NCBI GenBank assembly: GCA_010909165.1
Contig: VJWM01000068.1
Location: 186,001-250,000 of the forward strand
Length of the DNA stretch: 64,000 bases
Direction: 5' to 3'
Source of the DNA: Anthoceros angustus
Lineage: Eukaryota; Plantae; Anthocerotophyta
Positions 63,236-64,000 of this stretch are shown one piece after another. Under the pieces are notes generated by a model. The model did no database searches. It was not told the origin of the DNA and was given only the letters and a program-made list of their open reading frames with translations. Made by a program: the position numbers and the translations under genes. Position 1 is the stretch's first letter. Each line of letters starts with the position of its first letter.

Positions 63236-64000
63236 TGTTGTGTTCGATAGCGTGTCGGGCAATGCCCACCCGAGACTCAAGTCGGCGAAGATTTTGGTAG
63301 TTAGGTTATTGGAAATTTACGCTTGCTATGTCCGACTTAGAAACCTTTAGGGGCCGCATGCCGCAAACATTCCCTTTAATCTTTTATTGCTTTTAGTGCT
63401 ATGTATTGCTTTTCAAGTAGGTGTGAAAATCGACAAGCGGCTCTAATATCATTGCGGAAGGCGATTGGGGCCTTCGGGCATACTACGACCATAGCAGTGT
63501 GCACTTGATGTGAAAAGTAGGCGATGCGTAGGGAAGGAGGAATGAACCATCACCAAGAAAATTAAAGCGTCGAAATCGTGGAATTCGGTGCCCACCATGT
63601 TTTCCAGTTGGGTTTTCTGTGAGCGGCTTTGTATATTCGCTTCAAATATTATGCTTGTTTATTGCCCATCACGTGAGCGATTCGGTACCTTGGGCACAAT
63701 TGGTACACTCGGGACTACAATATCGAATTTGATCTTCTTGTCCGAGCTGCTATCCTTCCGGCTAGTTATCGATCGTTCGTCTCTTCCCAAAACCGATCGG
63801 TCCGGACTTCTAGCAGCGGTGGTGGACAATCCACCTAAGCGTATTCGAGCTTGGCGCACTCCTTAGGGAGGCATCCCGCTTCAACTCGGCACATCTAAAC
63901 ATGGTGGAAGCGGTGATGTTTGTGACTCGGGGTCACAAAATCAACAGAAGAGAGAATAACCCGGGAACAACAACTCCGGCACATCAAAGGCCTCCTTGCC

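Larger units (their letters stand above)
45915..63300. mobile_element. Large Sola-like DNA transposon region carrying a ParB-methyltransferase cargo gene; two tandem partial copies; termini/TIRs not identified
   Basis: 55566-62698 repeats 47156-53640 plus 54810-55573. The region contains the transposase and MTase motifs listed separately. Confidence 0.75.

Noticed and set aside
45915-64000. Bacterial or phage contamination as the source of the MTase region
   Set aside because: It is contiguous with plant LTR remnants, linked to a eukaryote-type transposase, and shows candidate intron and plant-like promoter motifs with no operon structure. A chimeric join cannot be fully excluded without reads.

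Overview
This is eukaryotic nuclear DNA from a seed-free land plant with flagellated sperm (hornwort or lycophyte style; inferred from short introns, axonemal dynein, AP2/ERF, PLS-PPR and legumin genes). The 1-40 kb part is gene-dense. It holds the 3' ~10.5 kb of an inner-arm dynein heavy chain, UNC-50, an orphan His-rich repeat ORF, an ERN1/RAP2.11-like ERF with a 1-nt homopolymer frameshift, an AT-rich island with a long inverted repeat, an 11S legumin-like storage protein, a PPR fragment, a UGNT1-like nucleotide-sugar transporter and a conserved plant protein of unknown function. The 40.6-45.9 kb part holds adjacent Ty3/gypsy and Ty1/copia LTR remnants with several tandem arrays. Main finding (45.9-64 kb): a large, tandemly duplicated and heavily frameshifted DNA transposon. 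It encodes a Sola-like DDD transposase on the minus strand. Divergent from it, on the plus strand, is a cargo gene that reconstructs as a ParB-like domain followed by a beta-class amino (N6A/N4C) DNA methyltransferase domain, i.e. a plant transposon carrying a phage-type DNA methylase. Many of the indels and duplications may be long-read assembly artefacts. All family assignments come from motif recognition by eye; no searches were run.
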